A DNA stretch of 64,000 nt from Amoebophrya sp. A120. Lineage: Eukaryota; Protista; Dinoflagellata. Location of the stretch: contig CAJINV010000001.1 of assembly GCA_905178155.1 (NCBI GenBank), positions 10,197,432 through 10,261,431 of the forward strand. The letters run 5' to 3'. Below the pieces are notes generated by a model that saw only the letters and a list, made by a program, of their open reading frames with translations, ran no database searches and was not told the DNA's origin. Position 1 is the first letter of the stretch. Each line of letters begins with the position of its first letter. Below, piece by piece: positions 1-12,065 of this stretch. Both the position numbers and the translations under genes were made by a program.

Positions 1-1475
1 TCGTCGCGACTGCACCAGCACGAACACGCCCTCCCGGAACAGGAAGTGAAGAACCTGTATTTGATAGAAAGGCATCTGGACTGGTATCCTCTGCAAAAAT
101 CACCTGCGTGCCCCACCAGTTTGTGTCCGCGAGTCATAAGAGAGAACCGCGCATCTGTATCAAACAACCGAAAAACAAAAGAAAGAAAAACGTTACAGCA
201 CGGGTTTGGATTTGACATGAAGATTTTCTTCCTCAAAAACTATCCAGTTCATCTTTGTTTCGCAATGCAACAAGACATATATCCATAACCATATCGTGCA
301 TGAGTATGACTATGACATATGGGTATGATGTTGATAGATGGGGATCGTTGTGTGGGCCGCGTGGAAGTTTTTGAAGGTGATACCTCGCTGGAGATGGAGC
401 TGAAGCCATTCGAGCGGGTGCTGAAGTCCCTGGTTGAGAACTTTGAGGACCGAATACCCGCCGAGGTGCGCGGCTACCTAGAGGACGTGCAGGACAGTCT
501 GCTGGAGATGATGGACAAGTTGTCGTGCTACCAGCGGTATCAAATGCAAATATGTCCGGGTCTGAGAAAATGTTGTGAACTTGTGATGCACATTTCAGAT
601 GACACAAAAAGTAGTTCTCTTGCTTGGGCGGGAAAAGTTGCTCTTCATCTTGTTGTCATCAGAGGAACGCTGCATTTGTAGTCAACATCCAGGCGGATTA
701 GGTATTAAGTATTGAGATTGAATAGAAACAGTCTCACCACCTGTGATGCTAGGGGCTTGCATGGCAGATCTACTTCCTGGCCACGCAGACACTGCATCAT
801 AGACCTCAGCAAACTTCCAGAGGACCCAGACATATGATTTGCGTAGCATAAGCGAGAGTGCGAGTCGCTGAAGGCGGAGCGGCAGAGCTACGTGGACAGC
901 AGTTTGAACCGGTTGCTCACAGTGTTGTATTGAGAGGAAAAATCCCCCCTCCCCATATCGAAAAGGTATGTTTCCGAAAAAGAAAATTTGTCTTGCTGAT
1001 TTGAGACCCCAAATCAAGTCTGTCTTGCAAGAAGACAACGCCGCAGGCCCTGCCGCACTATGCAGGCGGTTTGCCATGCTGTTGGGCCTACAGCATAGAC
1101 GTTTCTCATGCTAAGCGCCTAGGCCAAAAGCTCTCTACTCAGGCTCGGCAGGAGCCTGCAGCCCTCGCCAGCAAGACAGATCTGATTTGAGTACGCAAAT
1201 CCAGCATCAGAAACTTCGTTTTGATATGGGGAGGGGGGATTTTTCCTTTTGATATGTTGACCATCATCACCGCTGCGGCGCTGCCCGCGACCATGATCTC
1301 CGGGTATGCAGGCATGAACTTCGAGACCGCGGACGAGGAGAACCCCGGCCAGGCCGACCCGACCGATCCGTGGCTCACGTGGGAGTACGGTTGGGAGTCC
1401 TACTTCATCATCACCGGCTCGTTCACCCTACTATTCCTCTACTACATCATTGTGGCAGCGAGAGGACTGCTATAG
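1..1475 (+). CDS. CorA/MRS2-family Mg2+ transporter, 5'-truncated by window edge; exons ~<1-84, 388-536, 855-927, 1260-1475
   Basis: Spliced product ...YLEDVQDSLLEMMDKLSCYQRECESLKAERQSYVDSSLNRLLTVLTIITAAALPATMISGYAGMNF...WEYGWESYFIITGSFTLLFLYYIIV has the CorA coiled stalk, TM1 ending in the GMN signature, and TM2. All three introns are TIR-type non-canonical. Confidence 0.85.
85..382. mobile_element. Introner-like non-canonical intron E1 (degenerate TIR)
   Basis: Begins TATCCTCTGCAAAAAT and ends TTTTTGAAGGTGATA; flanks ACTGG/CCTCG (3/5 match); removing 303 nt joins two in-frame CorA segments. Confidence 0.55.
538..850. mobile_element. Introner non-canonical intron E2
   Basis: TATCAAATGCAAATATGTCCGGGTC ... 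GACCCAGACATATGATTTGCGTAGCATA; DR AGCGG(533-537)/AGCGA(851-855); removal gives YQRECESLKAER. Confidence 0.8.
928..1254. mobile_element. Introner non-canonical intron E3 (long foldback)
   Basis: ~36-bp TIR (928-964 vs 1219-1254) with core GGAAAAATCCCCCCTCCCCATATC; perfect DR TGTTG (923-927/1255-1259); removal gives LLTVL|TIITAA in CorA TM1. Confidence 0.9.
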
Positions 1476-2252
1476 GAGATGGAAAGTCATCATGATGTTC
1501 ATGTTGATCACATCAGGTTCAGTGTGTGCTTTTCGATTTCGATTTCGTCTAGACAATAAGTTTAGTAGTTACTCGTTCCAGGTTTAGTTTGTCCTCGTTC
1601 TAGTACAATACATAGTACCATTGCGATTGGATGCACTTATTGAGAGCGACAGCGATCTTCCCCTTCCAGCAGATTGTTCGCTACGAAAATGCTTAGTCCC
1701 ACGCAGGGCTCCTTGGACCGATTGCTTGGCCAACGGCGTAAGACATGGTAAGTACCTTCCGAAGCGAAGATAAAACACAACCTATGATGGTGAATTTCCG
1801 GCGTGCTCGCAAATTTCAATTATTTGCGAAAACAAGGCGAGAGTGTGTTTGTAATGGCAAACGTGCTTCTACATTAAGATCAAGGACCATGACAACGCTC
1901 AATGTGTCCACCTGGAGTGAGGATCTTCGATTTTTGAGCTCGTAAGACAGAGACGGTTATGAACACGAAGGGGAAGAGGCATTTCCTTCAAATTTGGAGA
2001 GGCTCCAGATCATGAGAAGTTCTCTTTTCATTGCCGCGTGTCGAGAGAGGCTCGAGGAGAGAAGCAACTGAGTTGTTGCTTTAAAAGAATGCGTATTAGC
2101 GAAAGACGGTCGTTTTGACCGTAGTCGGTGCCTCTGTGCTACTGTTGTACCGGAACCACCAGAGTGAGTTAAAAGTATTATGCTTCGTGCATTTCCATTT
2201 TCAATTTTACCTTCAGAAGCACCACGATCGGTTACATACTAGTTTAGCCAGA

Positions 2253-4195
2253 ATGACCTCCACCCCTGCTGGGATCAATGTACCGACTGGAGGTGGTGGC
2301 AGTAGCTCCACTGGACCGGGTGCAGGTACGTTTGCCACCCACGCGGATGTCGTGAACGTTTCCAATGAGGGCCTTCAGAGGATAGCATTGGAGAAGCAGA
2401 AAATCCTGTATTCCCTGAAAATTTACTGTCCCGCTCAACATCGAATTTGTCACGCAAAAGATAAGGCAGGGTCTGCTTTTGTCATGCAAAAAGTGAATGC
2501 GGATGCGCATGCGATGCTGATTTTTCACGGAATATTCTCCAGAAGCTGCAGGAACAGTATGTCCACCTGGTACAGACCAACCAGGGATTATCATATTAGA
2601 AAGTGTCCCTACCCCTGAACTTGGAAGAGTTTGTACATGCAAAACTTCTCAATGCCCGTCTATGCATGTATGTAGTACAAATTTTCAGTGCGTAATGGCA
2701 AGAAGTGCAAAAGAGTCCAGCAAGAAGAGCCGGGCCTGTTTGCATATGTAGAAGATGCGTTCTTGCGCCGCAGTCTAGATTCTGCATCGGAAACGAAAGA
2801 CTGACGGTTCCCTCATCATGCGTAGATAAAAAGTTTTTCAGTTGAAAACGAAAACCACATGTGTATCTTCAGAAACACAAACATTAATAAAATTTCCGAC
2901 TCCCGTGGGTAGGGCACTTTTCATTGGGATGGGGATATCAGGAGCTGACAGACCGCATCACAATGCTCGAAAAGCTGGTCCATCACGCTGGCGAGGGAAC
3001 GCAGCTTTTAAAGTCCGCAGCCCTGTGGGGCTTGTCGCACACGCTTCGGGACGCTTTCACCGAAGTGCGAAACCGAGAAGAGCGGGAGGCGTTGCATATC
3101 ACCAGGAAAAATGCCCCACCCGCCCAAATCTTACAGATAAAAAATGCAGTTCGACCGAGCAAGTCGAAAGGCGATTCTATAATTTTATCGCATCTCATTC
3201 TCATCGGCAGACGCAGAAGTTCTCAAAACGAAATGCTCGTTGGCCTGGTGCTATAGAAGAGTAGAACCATCTGCCGCGTCCTCGGTCGTTCTCCGGCAAG
3301 ATGAGCATCATGTTGTTTAGCAGCATCGTAGGCTGCTGGGTCTGACACTGACCTGCTTGGGCTAGTTGAGAATGCGGGTGCTGTAAAAGACACGTTGTGA
3401 CAGACAAGAAATTGACTCGTGCACACAAAAATATGCGTCAAGAAAAAACGTTTTGCTTTTTGTTTGGATGCTGGGATTTTTCCTGGTGATATTGCAAGCG
3501 AAAGGAGACATGGGCACCTTGGATCAAGGTAGGCGTAGTAGAAGACGCAAATCTTTGGCAACGAGCCACTTTTTCGTAGATCACATGCCATGTCGGGAGC
3601 AGCGCAATACTTGCTTATGCTTTTTCTTTTTCTATCTAATAAATTCTAAATCTTTTTCTGCACGCAAACCCAAGTGCTGTCTGGGAAAAAATCACAAAGG
3701 TGAACTGAGCCTGGCAAATTATGAAGTACCGACACGCTACGTGATGGATCCGCAGGATACAACCAAGTTCACGCTCCGCTTGGACAAAACGGACGACATG
3801 GTTCTTCCGAAGGTACATACAAGATATCCTCGTAAAATCATATCAGAAGCGTCACTCGAGAAGTAGCAGATGAACAAATCCTCGCATGCGTTTAGACAGC
3901 GAGGTTCTACAACTTTTTGTATCCATCACGCGACTTTCGCGTTCCGTCTGTTGATCCGTTTCCTAAACCAAAATCAATCAAGGCACGCGGCAACGACACA
4001 CTTTCCGCTCAGTCGCATCAGCAACCCAACCGCGCGTTTCACGCACAGGGGCCGAGTTTTGCCTCGCAGTACCAGTACCACGAAGGCCAGTACGTATCGC
4101 GCGACCAGTTTTCGCGGATCTTTGCCGAGCAACAGCAGAATAGATCTGGCTTGATCGACGGTGGAGGTCTTGCCGAGACGCTAGCCATGCCATGA
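2253..4195 (+). CDS. Hypothetical coiled-coil protein ~266 aa; exons 2253-2408, 2540-2585, 2943-3096, 3497-3528, 3700-3812, 3896-4195
   Basis: Removing three TIR introns and two GT-AG introns (3529-3699, 3813-3895) gives one continuous frame: MTSTPAG...EKQKILQKLQEQYVHLVQTNQELTDRITMLEK...EALQAKGDMG...LAMP*. Confidence 0.7.
2409..2534. mobile_element. Introner non-canonical intron E4
   Basis: TATTCCCTGAAAAT ... ATTTTTCACGGAATA; flanks TCCTG/TTCTC; interior homologous to E7 (two TTGTCAYGCAAAA motifs). Confidence 0.75.
2586..2937. mobile_element. Introner non-canonical intron E5
   Basis: IR AAAGTGTCCCTACCC / GGGTAGGGCACTTTT; DR CCAGG(2581-2585)/TCAGG(2938-2942); removal gives TNQ|ELTDR. Confidence 0.75.
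3097..3491. mobile_element. Introner non-canonical intron E6
   Basis: Perfect 16-bp TIR TATCACCAGGAAAAAT / ATTTTTCCTGGTGATA; perfect DR TTGCA (3092-3096/3492-3496); frame restored (EALQAKG). Confidence 0.9.
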
Positions 4196-4714
4196 AGGCT
4201 GTGGTTCGTTCGATACTTCTAGCGGTTCCCTTCTGTTTTATTTTCCGCTTTCTGCTCATCTGTTTTTGTAATTCGACCGGTACCGGTTTTGTCGCGCTTG
4301 CGACGTATAAATATTCAAGGAATCATGGTTTGAGTTTTTCCAAGCAGGACAACATGCGGCAGCGGCGGCTCTTCTGAAACAGGGAAGACATACTACATGC
4401 GATGGCTGTTCGTCGGCAAGAAAGTTGCAGCACCGTTTTTTCTGTGGTGATCGTGCGCAGCTTCTCTGAAAATGTTTCATTAAACAGGCTTCTGCGTGTA
4501 CATCTTGACACTAAGGAGCCTTGTCGTCCATACATGATATCGAATGTATGAGGGATGTAGTTAGTGTGTGACCACGGCTCCAGACGCAGACCAGCGCAAA
4601 ATGAGCGCGCGTAAGTACTTGTCCTCGTTTACCGTCTTTTTTCCTGAAGGGAAAGTAGCAGAAGCCCGAGAGCAAGAACGAAAGTAGAAATACGAGCAGT
4701 AACAACCTCAGAAT

Positions 4715-5199
4715 ATGAACCTCCTGCAGTTCGCTCTCCGAGCAGCGATGGCGCTGGCCTTGAGCTGCCAGGGTGTCAGCGCTGCCCCGTTCAAATATGA
4801 TTTGAGCAACGCGCAAAACATGGAAAACTTTAACGCAGCCGTCGCTGGGTGGGTATAATCGACGTTGTTCTTGCATTATTCTGTTTGACGAGTGCAAAGA
4901 GTCACGAATTTGGATCGACAAAGATCCCTCTTCCATTGTGTTTCTGATTCTGTGCTATAAGCCTTCCATTCGTTTTTCTTCATACATTCCAAGCAGCATA
5001 CAGTTTGGCAAAAAACACAAAACGGACGCATATGAGTATCCATCAAACAACAAACTTACAGCAAAAGTCCATGAAGGAGAGTATGGCGGCGGACCTGAAA
5101 GCACTAAAGAACAGCGGGAAGGACGGTGAGGCGCAGGTGAAATCTCTGCTCGACAAGTATTATCAGACCGTTCTAAACGACGTGCTTTTTTCTTCGTGA
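4715..5199 (+). CDS. Small putative secreted protein ~91 aa; exons 4715-4852, 5062-5199
   Basis: Signal-peptide-like start MNLLQFALRAAMALALSCQGVSA; GT-AG intron 4853-5061 joins in frame to QKSMKESMAADLK...FSS*. Confidence 0.6.
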
Positions 5200-6113
5200 A
5201 AAATGTAGTTGCGTGAGACTTAGTCTTGTGGATTTTTTCAGTTTCAGTCTTTTGTGCGAAGAAAAACAAACCAGAATGATCAAGTTTCGCTTTCGTAGGC
5301 TGCCTTCGTGTAGTACTTATTCTTTCCGTCCAGGAGATGCAGAGACAAGGATTATATCATGATGTGCAAAGGAAAAAGGAGGCACAGTACGAAGAACGCT
5401 TTGGATGATAGACAACAAGCATAGCAAAGCCAAGCTACATCTTGATCTTCTAGAGGGATCGAGATTTTGTTTCAGCGATGTCAAAGCTCATTTTTTTTGT
5501 GAATATGTGATGAAGTTTTTGAGTCCGTCGCACTCTATCATTGTATTCAAATCAGCGCCGGCTACGCGCTCTCTCATGCTGCTCGGTTTGCAGGAATGTT
5601 TCGTAGATCATCAAGCTTGATATCAATCGTGCAGTGTTCTGCTCGTGTCGGTTGCCTCACGAGGAGACAGTGTGTTGCTATAGGACGAGTGTGGCTAGCA
5701 ATTGCAGTGAATCCTACGTAAAAATGCATGCCTCTGTGCAAAAGCAGTTCGGTCGTGAAGAGCGTTAAGCTGCCTGGAGCCAGTAGGAGGTTCGTTGCTA
5801 AGTGCATGTGCAAGAAGTGCGGGAGCAAGCCCACTTCGTTGAGAGACAAGTGAACAGCACCTACAGGAGGAGCACCGAGAGTCTGAGTCGAAAAAGGATT
5901 GAGACATGATGATGATACAACAGCGAATGCGAACTAAAAAAAGTTGTATCTTTCCGCTTCTCTTCAAGACGCTTCTAGTCTGCTGGATGCAGCGTCTCCC
6001 CCGGGTTTTTTCCTGATTTGGTTTCGTAGATAAAACAACTCGACCAAGAATTAGCGTACGAGGTTGGGAGCAATTATTGTGGTACACTACAAGAAGGCAC
6101 AGAGACAGAAATT

Positions 6114-7067
6114 ATGTTTTCCGGGTCCGGCGCGCCTGGGCGGGGTTCGATCGTGTATTCCGATCAAATGCGAAACTTGGGCACGAAGGAGTGCGACGTC
6201 CTGCTAGACCACGGCTTCTGCAGCACGACTTTCAAATTCCCGATCGGGTCGCATGAACGGGAGGTAGTGAAGGAGATGACGAAGAACGGGGTTCCGCCAG
6301 TGCTGGCAAGCCGAGGGCTCCGTCCGGCGCAGTGGCAGCAGTGCGCGGATGCACTGATTCGTATGACCGATCAGCAGTTCTTCAAAAATTGTCCCGCACT
6401 GGAGGGCGTATACTGGTGCTGCCCCGGTGGGCCGGTGCAGACGGTCGTTTGCGTATTCAATCCGATCTCGTGCGTGTTCTGCATCATGCCGATGGAGGAG
6501 GCGAAGAAAAAATGCGTGGAAATTTGCGATCCCATCCTGCGCCCGCTCGGGTTTCAAGCGGCTGCGCGGGGATCTTTGCAGGATTATATTTGTTTCGAGC
6601 CCATTGAGGGCAGCAACATCACACCCATCTCCGTCGAGCAGTCGCGGATGGTATCCAGGAAAAAACACCCATCCACATCCAATTTGTCATGCAAAACATG
6701 CACAAAGTCCTGTGCTTGTCATGCAAAAAATGGATGTGGATGGGTTTTTTTCTGTGGGTAGATGGCGTTCAATCAGTGGAAGCAATTGGGTTTTCCGAGT
6801 GCAGCTGCTTCGAGCGCTGACGCCATGGGCATGGAGGAAGCGAACGGGTACGGAAGCAGTTTGAATATGTACGGCAATTTTACTCCTGTGCACAACATCA
6901 ACACCACCGGAATAAATCCCTACACCATGGGAGCCGGTGCTGGATCATCGGAGACAAAAATGGGAGAACTATTTCAACCAATGTCCACGTCTGGAATGGA
7001 AGTTCAGGGCAACGACTATGGGCCCGGCCGGAGCAATGCTTCGACTAGCTTCACCTACGTCAGCTGA
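6114..7067 (+). CDS. Cys-rich hypothetical protein ~279 aa (possibly palmitoylated/membrane-associated); exons 6114-6651, 6766-7067
   Basis: ORFs 6114 and 6762 join in frame (QSRM|AFNQW) on removal of TIR intron E7; Cys-rich hydrophobic patch YWCCPGGPVQTVVCVFNPISCVFC. Confidence 0.7.
6652..6760. mobile_element. Introner non-canonical intron E7
   Basis: IR ACCCATCCACATCC / GGATGTGGATGGGT next to A/T tracts; perfect DR GATGG (6647-6651/6761-6765). Confidence 0.9.
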
Positions 7068-7562
7068 GTGACTTTTTGAATCTCTCTTCTTGTGCAATGC
7101 AAGCGCCGAGAACTGGTGCAACGCGCGGATGTGAAAAGCAAGACAAGGGTGTAGCTACCGGCTCAGTGCGCGCTTGTTTTGCGCGGTCGCTCCGAGCTGT
7201 GTATGAACTGCCACGCATCAAGCTCATTGAGAAAATTTCGTGACACTAGCCATGACCCATCTCGTTCCACAGAAATGGAATAGCAAGGTGCTGTGTTCTC
7301 GCTCTCTCTGAGCTTAGCTAGCAGCCTGAGACAGGAGATCAAGATCTTGGCGAAATATAACATGAAAATATCAATATGAATAAATCATCTAACAATTAAC
7401 AAAGGAAGAAAATTGAGTGTCGGACTCCACAAACTACTTTCGTTTGGCGACGAATGAGAATGACGTGAAAGAAATTGAAAAATGTTGACGGATAAAACTG
7501 TTGACAGGGCACTGCAGGTGTGCTGCTCCTGAGATATCACGCTGCTTCCAGAAAACGACAGG

Positions 7563-10500
7563 ATGGTAGAGGGTAAAATCGCGATTCTAGAAGAAGCCTT
7601 GGCGAAGGCCAAGGGCGCTCGGGAGGAAGTGGCCTTCCACGCGTTCAGCGTTTCGACCAACGCGAAACTCGTGCAAGGGGAGAACGAGCGGCTGCTACAT
7701 TTGATTCAGGACTTAGCTGCCGAGGTCCAACACTTTTCAGTTTTGTACGAGAACCTGCGCGCTCTGACCTCGGTCACAAAGCCGCCGCCCACGGCGACGC
7801 ACATATTCCCCTCGCACCAGTCACACCAACCTAGTGGGTTGTCGAGCCACAGCAACAAAGGGGCCACTTTTGGAACGACCAGCAACTACCCCACACTGCT
7901 AGTGAGCAACTACGGGTTGACCTCAGGGACCACTTTGCCCCCGAACAACAATCCAAGCGCACTGACCCGGCACTTGCAGAATCAAGAAGGCAACCAAGGC
8001 TCCACCTTCGGCATGGGTTTGCTCGGAGGAGGACAGAATCAAGTTTCCGGCACCGTAAGGGGAGCCGGATTTGGCTTGGTCGGGGGCAACGGCGAGGATA
8101 AAAGTTCTTTTCCTCATCAACGTGTTGAGCACTCTGCCCATCGCCCCGACGCCTGGGCCAGCGGCCCGTCGAACAACTATGCAGGAGGAGGCGCTCTAGT
8201 ATCATCGTCTGCCGCGAGGACGAACCGGTGCGGAGGCATTCTGTCGTTCAAAGTGGAAAAAGCGGTGCAAACTTCTAGCGCTAATGAGGACAAGGTGCAT
8301 CAGGAATTGTTGCTGGAGAAGCGATTGCAGGAGCAACTGGCAACGAAGATGCGCGAGTACCGGGCTGCAACTTTGACGCAGGAGGAGGCAGCGCGGGAAA
8401 GACATGTTCTGAACGAGAAACGGCGCGCGGAGGCTGTGGAACGCGAACTGGCCCGGAAGGCGGAACTCGAGGCGAACGCCGATTCGATTCGCAGAGGGCG
8501 GGAAATGCGCGCGATGCAGATGGTGGACATCGAGTCCAGGTTTCCCTCCAGTTTTTGCGTAATATCTTACTCCGAAAGCGGGGGTCCTAGGGTCCGGGTT
8601 GCCGAACCCGTGCAGAATTTGCGGGGAACTTGGCTGCGGATTTTTCTCGTCTAGAATATTAGAGCCCGCCCGCGGCCTTTTGCAAATGATCACAATCATG
8701 CAGCACGCCGCGATAGGGAGGCGGGCTTTCGCATGGAGACTCCCGCCGACGCCTGCGATTGCTAGGCAAAGATGATGTCACAGCCTCGCAAAGACGATAC
8801 CACAGCACCATCGTGTAACGTGCGTTAAGTACACGTTGGCCCACTGTTATTTGCTTCTCTTGGCGTTGCCCGGCCTTTCCAAGGTAGAAAGGCCTGCTTT
8901 TGGCGTGTCCATGGCACCGTCGTGAGTAAGGTTAGCCACGATGGAGATGCGTTTGCTTGTTTTCGCAGCTTCGGGCGCAGGGCCATACGCCCGGGACAGG
9001 CGGCCGGAGAGAGTGGCTGACGACTCCACATGCGTGCCGGAGCCCCACCAGGATAGGGCAGCCTCCAGCTGCGCGGCCCGGTTTCGGGGCTTGTGCATGA
9101 GTTGCCACGGTTGTAGCCTGGGGCCCTAATATCTATATCCAAGAGAACCGGCCACAGCTCTCAAGCTCCGGAACTTGGCTCAGAACTTGTTCCAGAACTT
9201 TTTCCAGAACTTGTCCCAGAACTTGTCTCGGAAAGATCGAGGACGCAACTCGATCTTTCCTCAAGGTGAGACGCCCGCCAGCTAGACCCGAGTGAGAGGG
9301 GCAAGGCGCCGCTGGCTCGCCTGCCAGGCTGCGGCTACTTTCTTGGTTAGCGAGCAGCGCCCCTCCTCGCCTTCGTGCCCTATTAATAGAGGAGGCGCGC
9401 CACTCTGCCTGCCCTTGCTTCAAGCAGCTTCTGTTTTGTCTGTCATGTTGACGCCCCCCACGGAGAGGACTTCTTTTTCTTGTAGTTTGGGTTAGCTCTG
9501 TCCATTTGGTATGCCGCTATTGGCCTGCCGATCGGTGCGTGGGTGCTCTGTTTCTTTCAGAGCTGTGGTCGGGCGTTTACTTGGACCCCCGTTGGCGCGA
9601 TGCAGATGGTGGACATCGAGTCCAGGTTTCCCTCCACTTTTTGCGTAATATCATTCACTATCATGCCGAAGCCTCTTACCTTTTTCTTTTCACCATTTTC
9701 CGTGACCCAGAATAGATACATGAGGATTGCCGCATCTTCATTTTTCTCTATTCCTCCTGAGTCACATTTCTTTTTCAAGTTAATAAATCTAGCGTTGTGG
9801 TGGTTATGTCATTCACAAAATCACGGTGTTGGAGGTTTCTTCATGCCAGCGGCGCCCATCGCGAAGAAGTGCGCAGCTTGTCCGTCCGAGTAAAGTCTGC
9901 ACAGCAAGAGGTGCAGCAGCAGAAAAGTGCGAGAGACTCACTGGAGAGCCGGGTGGAGGAGCAGAGGGAAAGCCTTGAAGTGCTGCAACAGGATTTGCAG
10001 CTGCTACTACAGTGCGAGCGCGACTCCAAGGATCGCGAACGGGAAGCGTGGCAAATGCGACAGGAAGACGCCGACGTTCTGGACATGGAAGTCTGGCTGC
10101 CCGCGGAGCTGCGCGACCAGAAGATGCGAACGACTAGTACAGCTGAGGAAAGAACGGCTTTTTCGTCGACCTACGCCCGCATACTTCGGTGCGTGCCCAT
10201 CGCGCTTTTGCCGACACTGGCGACGGAGTTCTTCGAGCGGCTAGAGTTGGAGGAAGCAGCACTTCTCCGAATGCAGCAAGGAAATAACAACCGCACGGGC
10301 GAAGCGGGTCGTGACAACGTCTATGGGGACGGCGGTCTGCATGAGTTCGACGAAATCGACCGGTTAGACGGTGCGGACTCGGTTATCGACGAGCTTAGCC
10401 AGTCCTGGTCAGGCACGGTGGACCACCGGACCCACCGGATGAACCACGACAGCAAGCACAAGGCTGTAACAGCTTCCGGATCGACGCAAATAGACGTCGC

Positions 10501-11365
10501 GTCCCAAACACCACAGCGATTCGTAGACGCTCTAGTGGCGCAGTCGTTGCAGCAAAAAACCTACCGCGGTCGGCAGGCGCTCATGATGGCCCATGGTGTG
10601 GTCGCGTCGGATAGTACAAGTCCTTCTGGCGGGCAAGCGGACCACTACGGGACTGCAGGAACTTCTTCGCCGAGCTATTTGCGGTGCGATCCCGGTGTGG
10701 AACAGGTGATGGCGGGCGTTGTGCTTGCCGGAAGTAGTAATGGCCCGCCCTCGCCGTCGCCCGGCGTCTCGAGTCCCAGCACCAACCGGCACGCCAAGAC
10801 GAAGTTTGCCGCGGCTGTGCGCAAAGCTCAGTGTGGCATCTTTTTCGCGAAGCGCACCACGACCGGGGCGGGGACGGCGGGTGCAGCGGGGATGAATCAG
10901 ATGCTGTCGTCGAATTTGGAGAGCCGAGACGGCAATGCAATGGTAAGCAAAGTCGTCTCGTTGTCATCCACCCGTGGTGCCGCCGGTGTACTGGCGGGTG
11001 GAAGTGCAGTCGGAAGCGGTACCGGCACGGCGTCTGCCCTGCAAAAAACCCAGAGCGTGGCGGCTTCTTTTTCGAATAACGTGAACAAACGAGGATCTTT
11101 GTCGCCAGGGGGAAAAATATTCTCCATGAGCGATCAGGAGCAAGTGGCGCAAGTGGTCACTTCGCCGATTGTCGTGGCTGCAGGAGGTGGGAACAGTGCA
11201 GCTGGGGGCGTCCCGGAGCAACCAATGATGGTAGTTAAGTCGCCGTCAAATCCGAGCCCCGGAAGCCCCCCGGGGAAGCAGAAAGAGAAGATGAAAATGG
11301 CCCAAATTTTGCACAAGCATCGGGTTGTTTCGCGATTTCTTAATTCCATCGGACCAGAACAGTGA
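7563..11365 (+). CDS. Coiled-coil / low-complexity hypothetical protein; exons ~7563-8539, 9835-11365
   Basis: ORFs 7563 and 9797 join in frame through GT-AG intron 8540-9834 (DIESR|FLHASGAHREEV); the E/R/Q-rich coiled coil continues across the junction. Confidence 0.6.
8509..9652 (+). repeat. 58-bp direct repeat (8509-8566 and 9595-9652) flanking a ~1-kb insertion
   Basis: GCGCGATGCAGATGGTGGACATCGAGTCCAGGTTTCCCTCCA(G/C)TTTTTGCGTAATATC occurs twice with one mismatch. Confidence 0.9.
9169..9233. repeat. 12-bp tandem repeat x5 (consensus CAGAACTTGTYC)
   Basis: cggaacttggct cagaacttgttc cagaactttttc cagaacttgtcc cagaacttgtct. Confidence 0.85.
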
Positions 11366-12065
11366 GAGCGACTAATATCGAAATAGTATACACTACTGCA
11401 TCTGCAGCACTTACTTGCAGATTATATGATAACCTGAGTGATTTGACATTGACTTCGAGGAAGTGACATTGCTGTAAAAGCATCTTCACGTTTCTGCTGG
11501 TTTCAAAGAAGTTTCAAAGAGGAAGATAAAAGAACCGTTTCAATTCATCCTTTCTTGTGCCCTGCATGAGTTTCAGAGGCGAAGGAGGATCTTTGCTTAC
11601 GGAAGCAAGCGATTAGAATTTTATCGTTGTTACTCCTGCACCTGCGGAAAGTGTTTGGAGCTGAGACATTTAGACCGAGGAGAGCTCCTTCAGGTGCAGT
11701 TGCAGTTCTGAATCAACATGTTGTCAGGGAGAGAGAGCCTAGGGCCTGTGAGAGATAGAAAAGTTGCTGTTACTAGTACAGACGTCGCCCAGGCCCACTG
11801 GTGCTGTGGCCGAGCTGGCAGATTTCGCTAACATAAGGACTCAGTTTCCAGTCTAAGAAGTGATCTGCTCTTTCAGTTTCAAACTGAACGTAAAATAAGG
11901 ACCTAGGGGAGTTGAAGTTGTGGAGGAAAGATCTCACAGATGTTGGAAGGACGAAATCGAAGTCGTAGCTGGTTCTTGGCGAAAATTGTCCTCCGCGGGC
12001 GGGCCTGCCACTAGCAGAAGCAGCACCGGGGCGAGAGGCCGCCGGCCACGAGACCATTGCCAAGC

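Noticed and set aside
9169-9233. Short repeat array considered as CRISPR-like
   Set aside because: Head-to-tail 12-mers without spacers, in a eukaryotic context with no cas genes.
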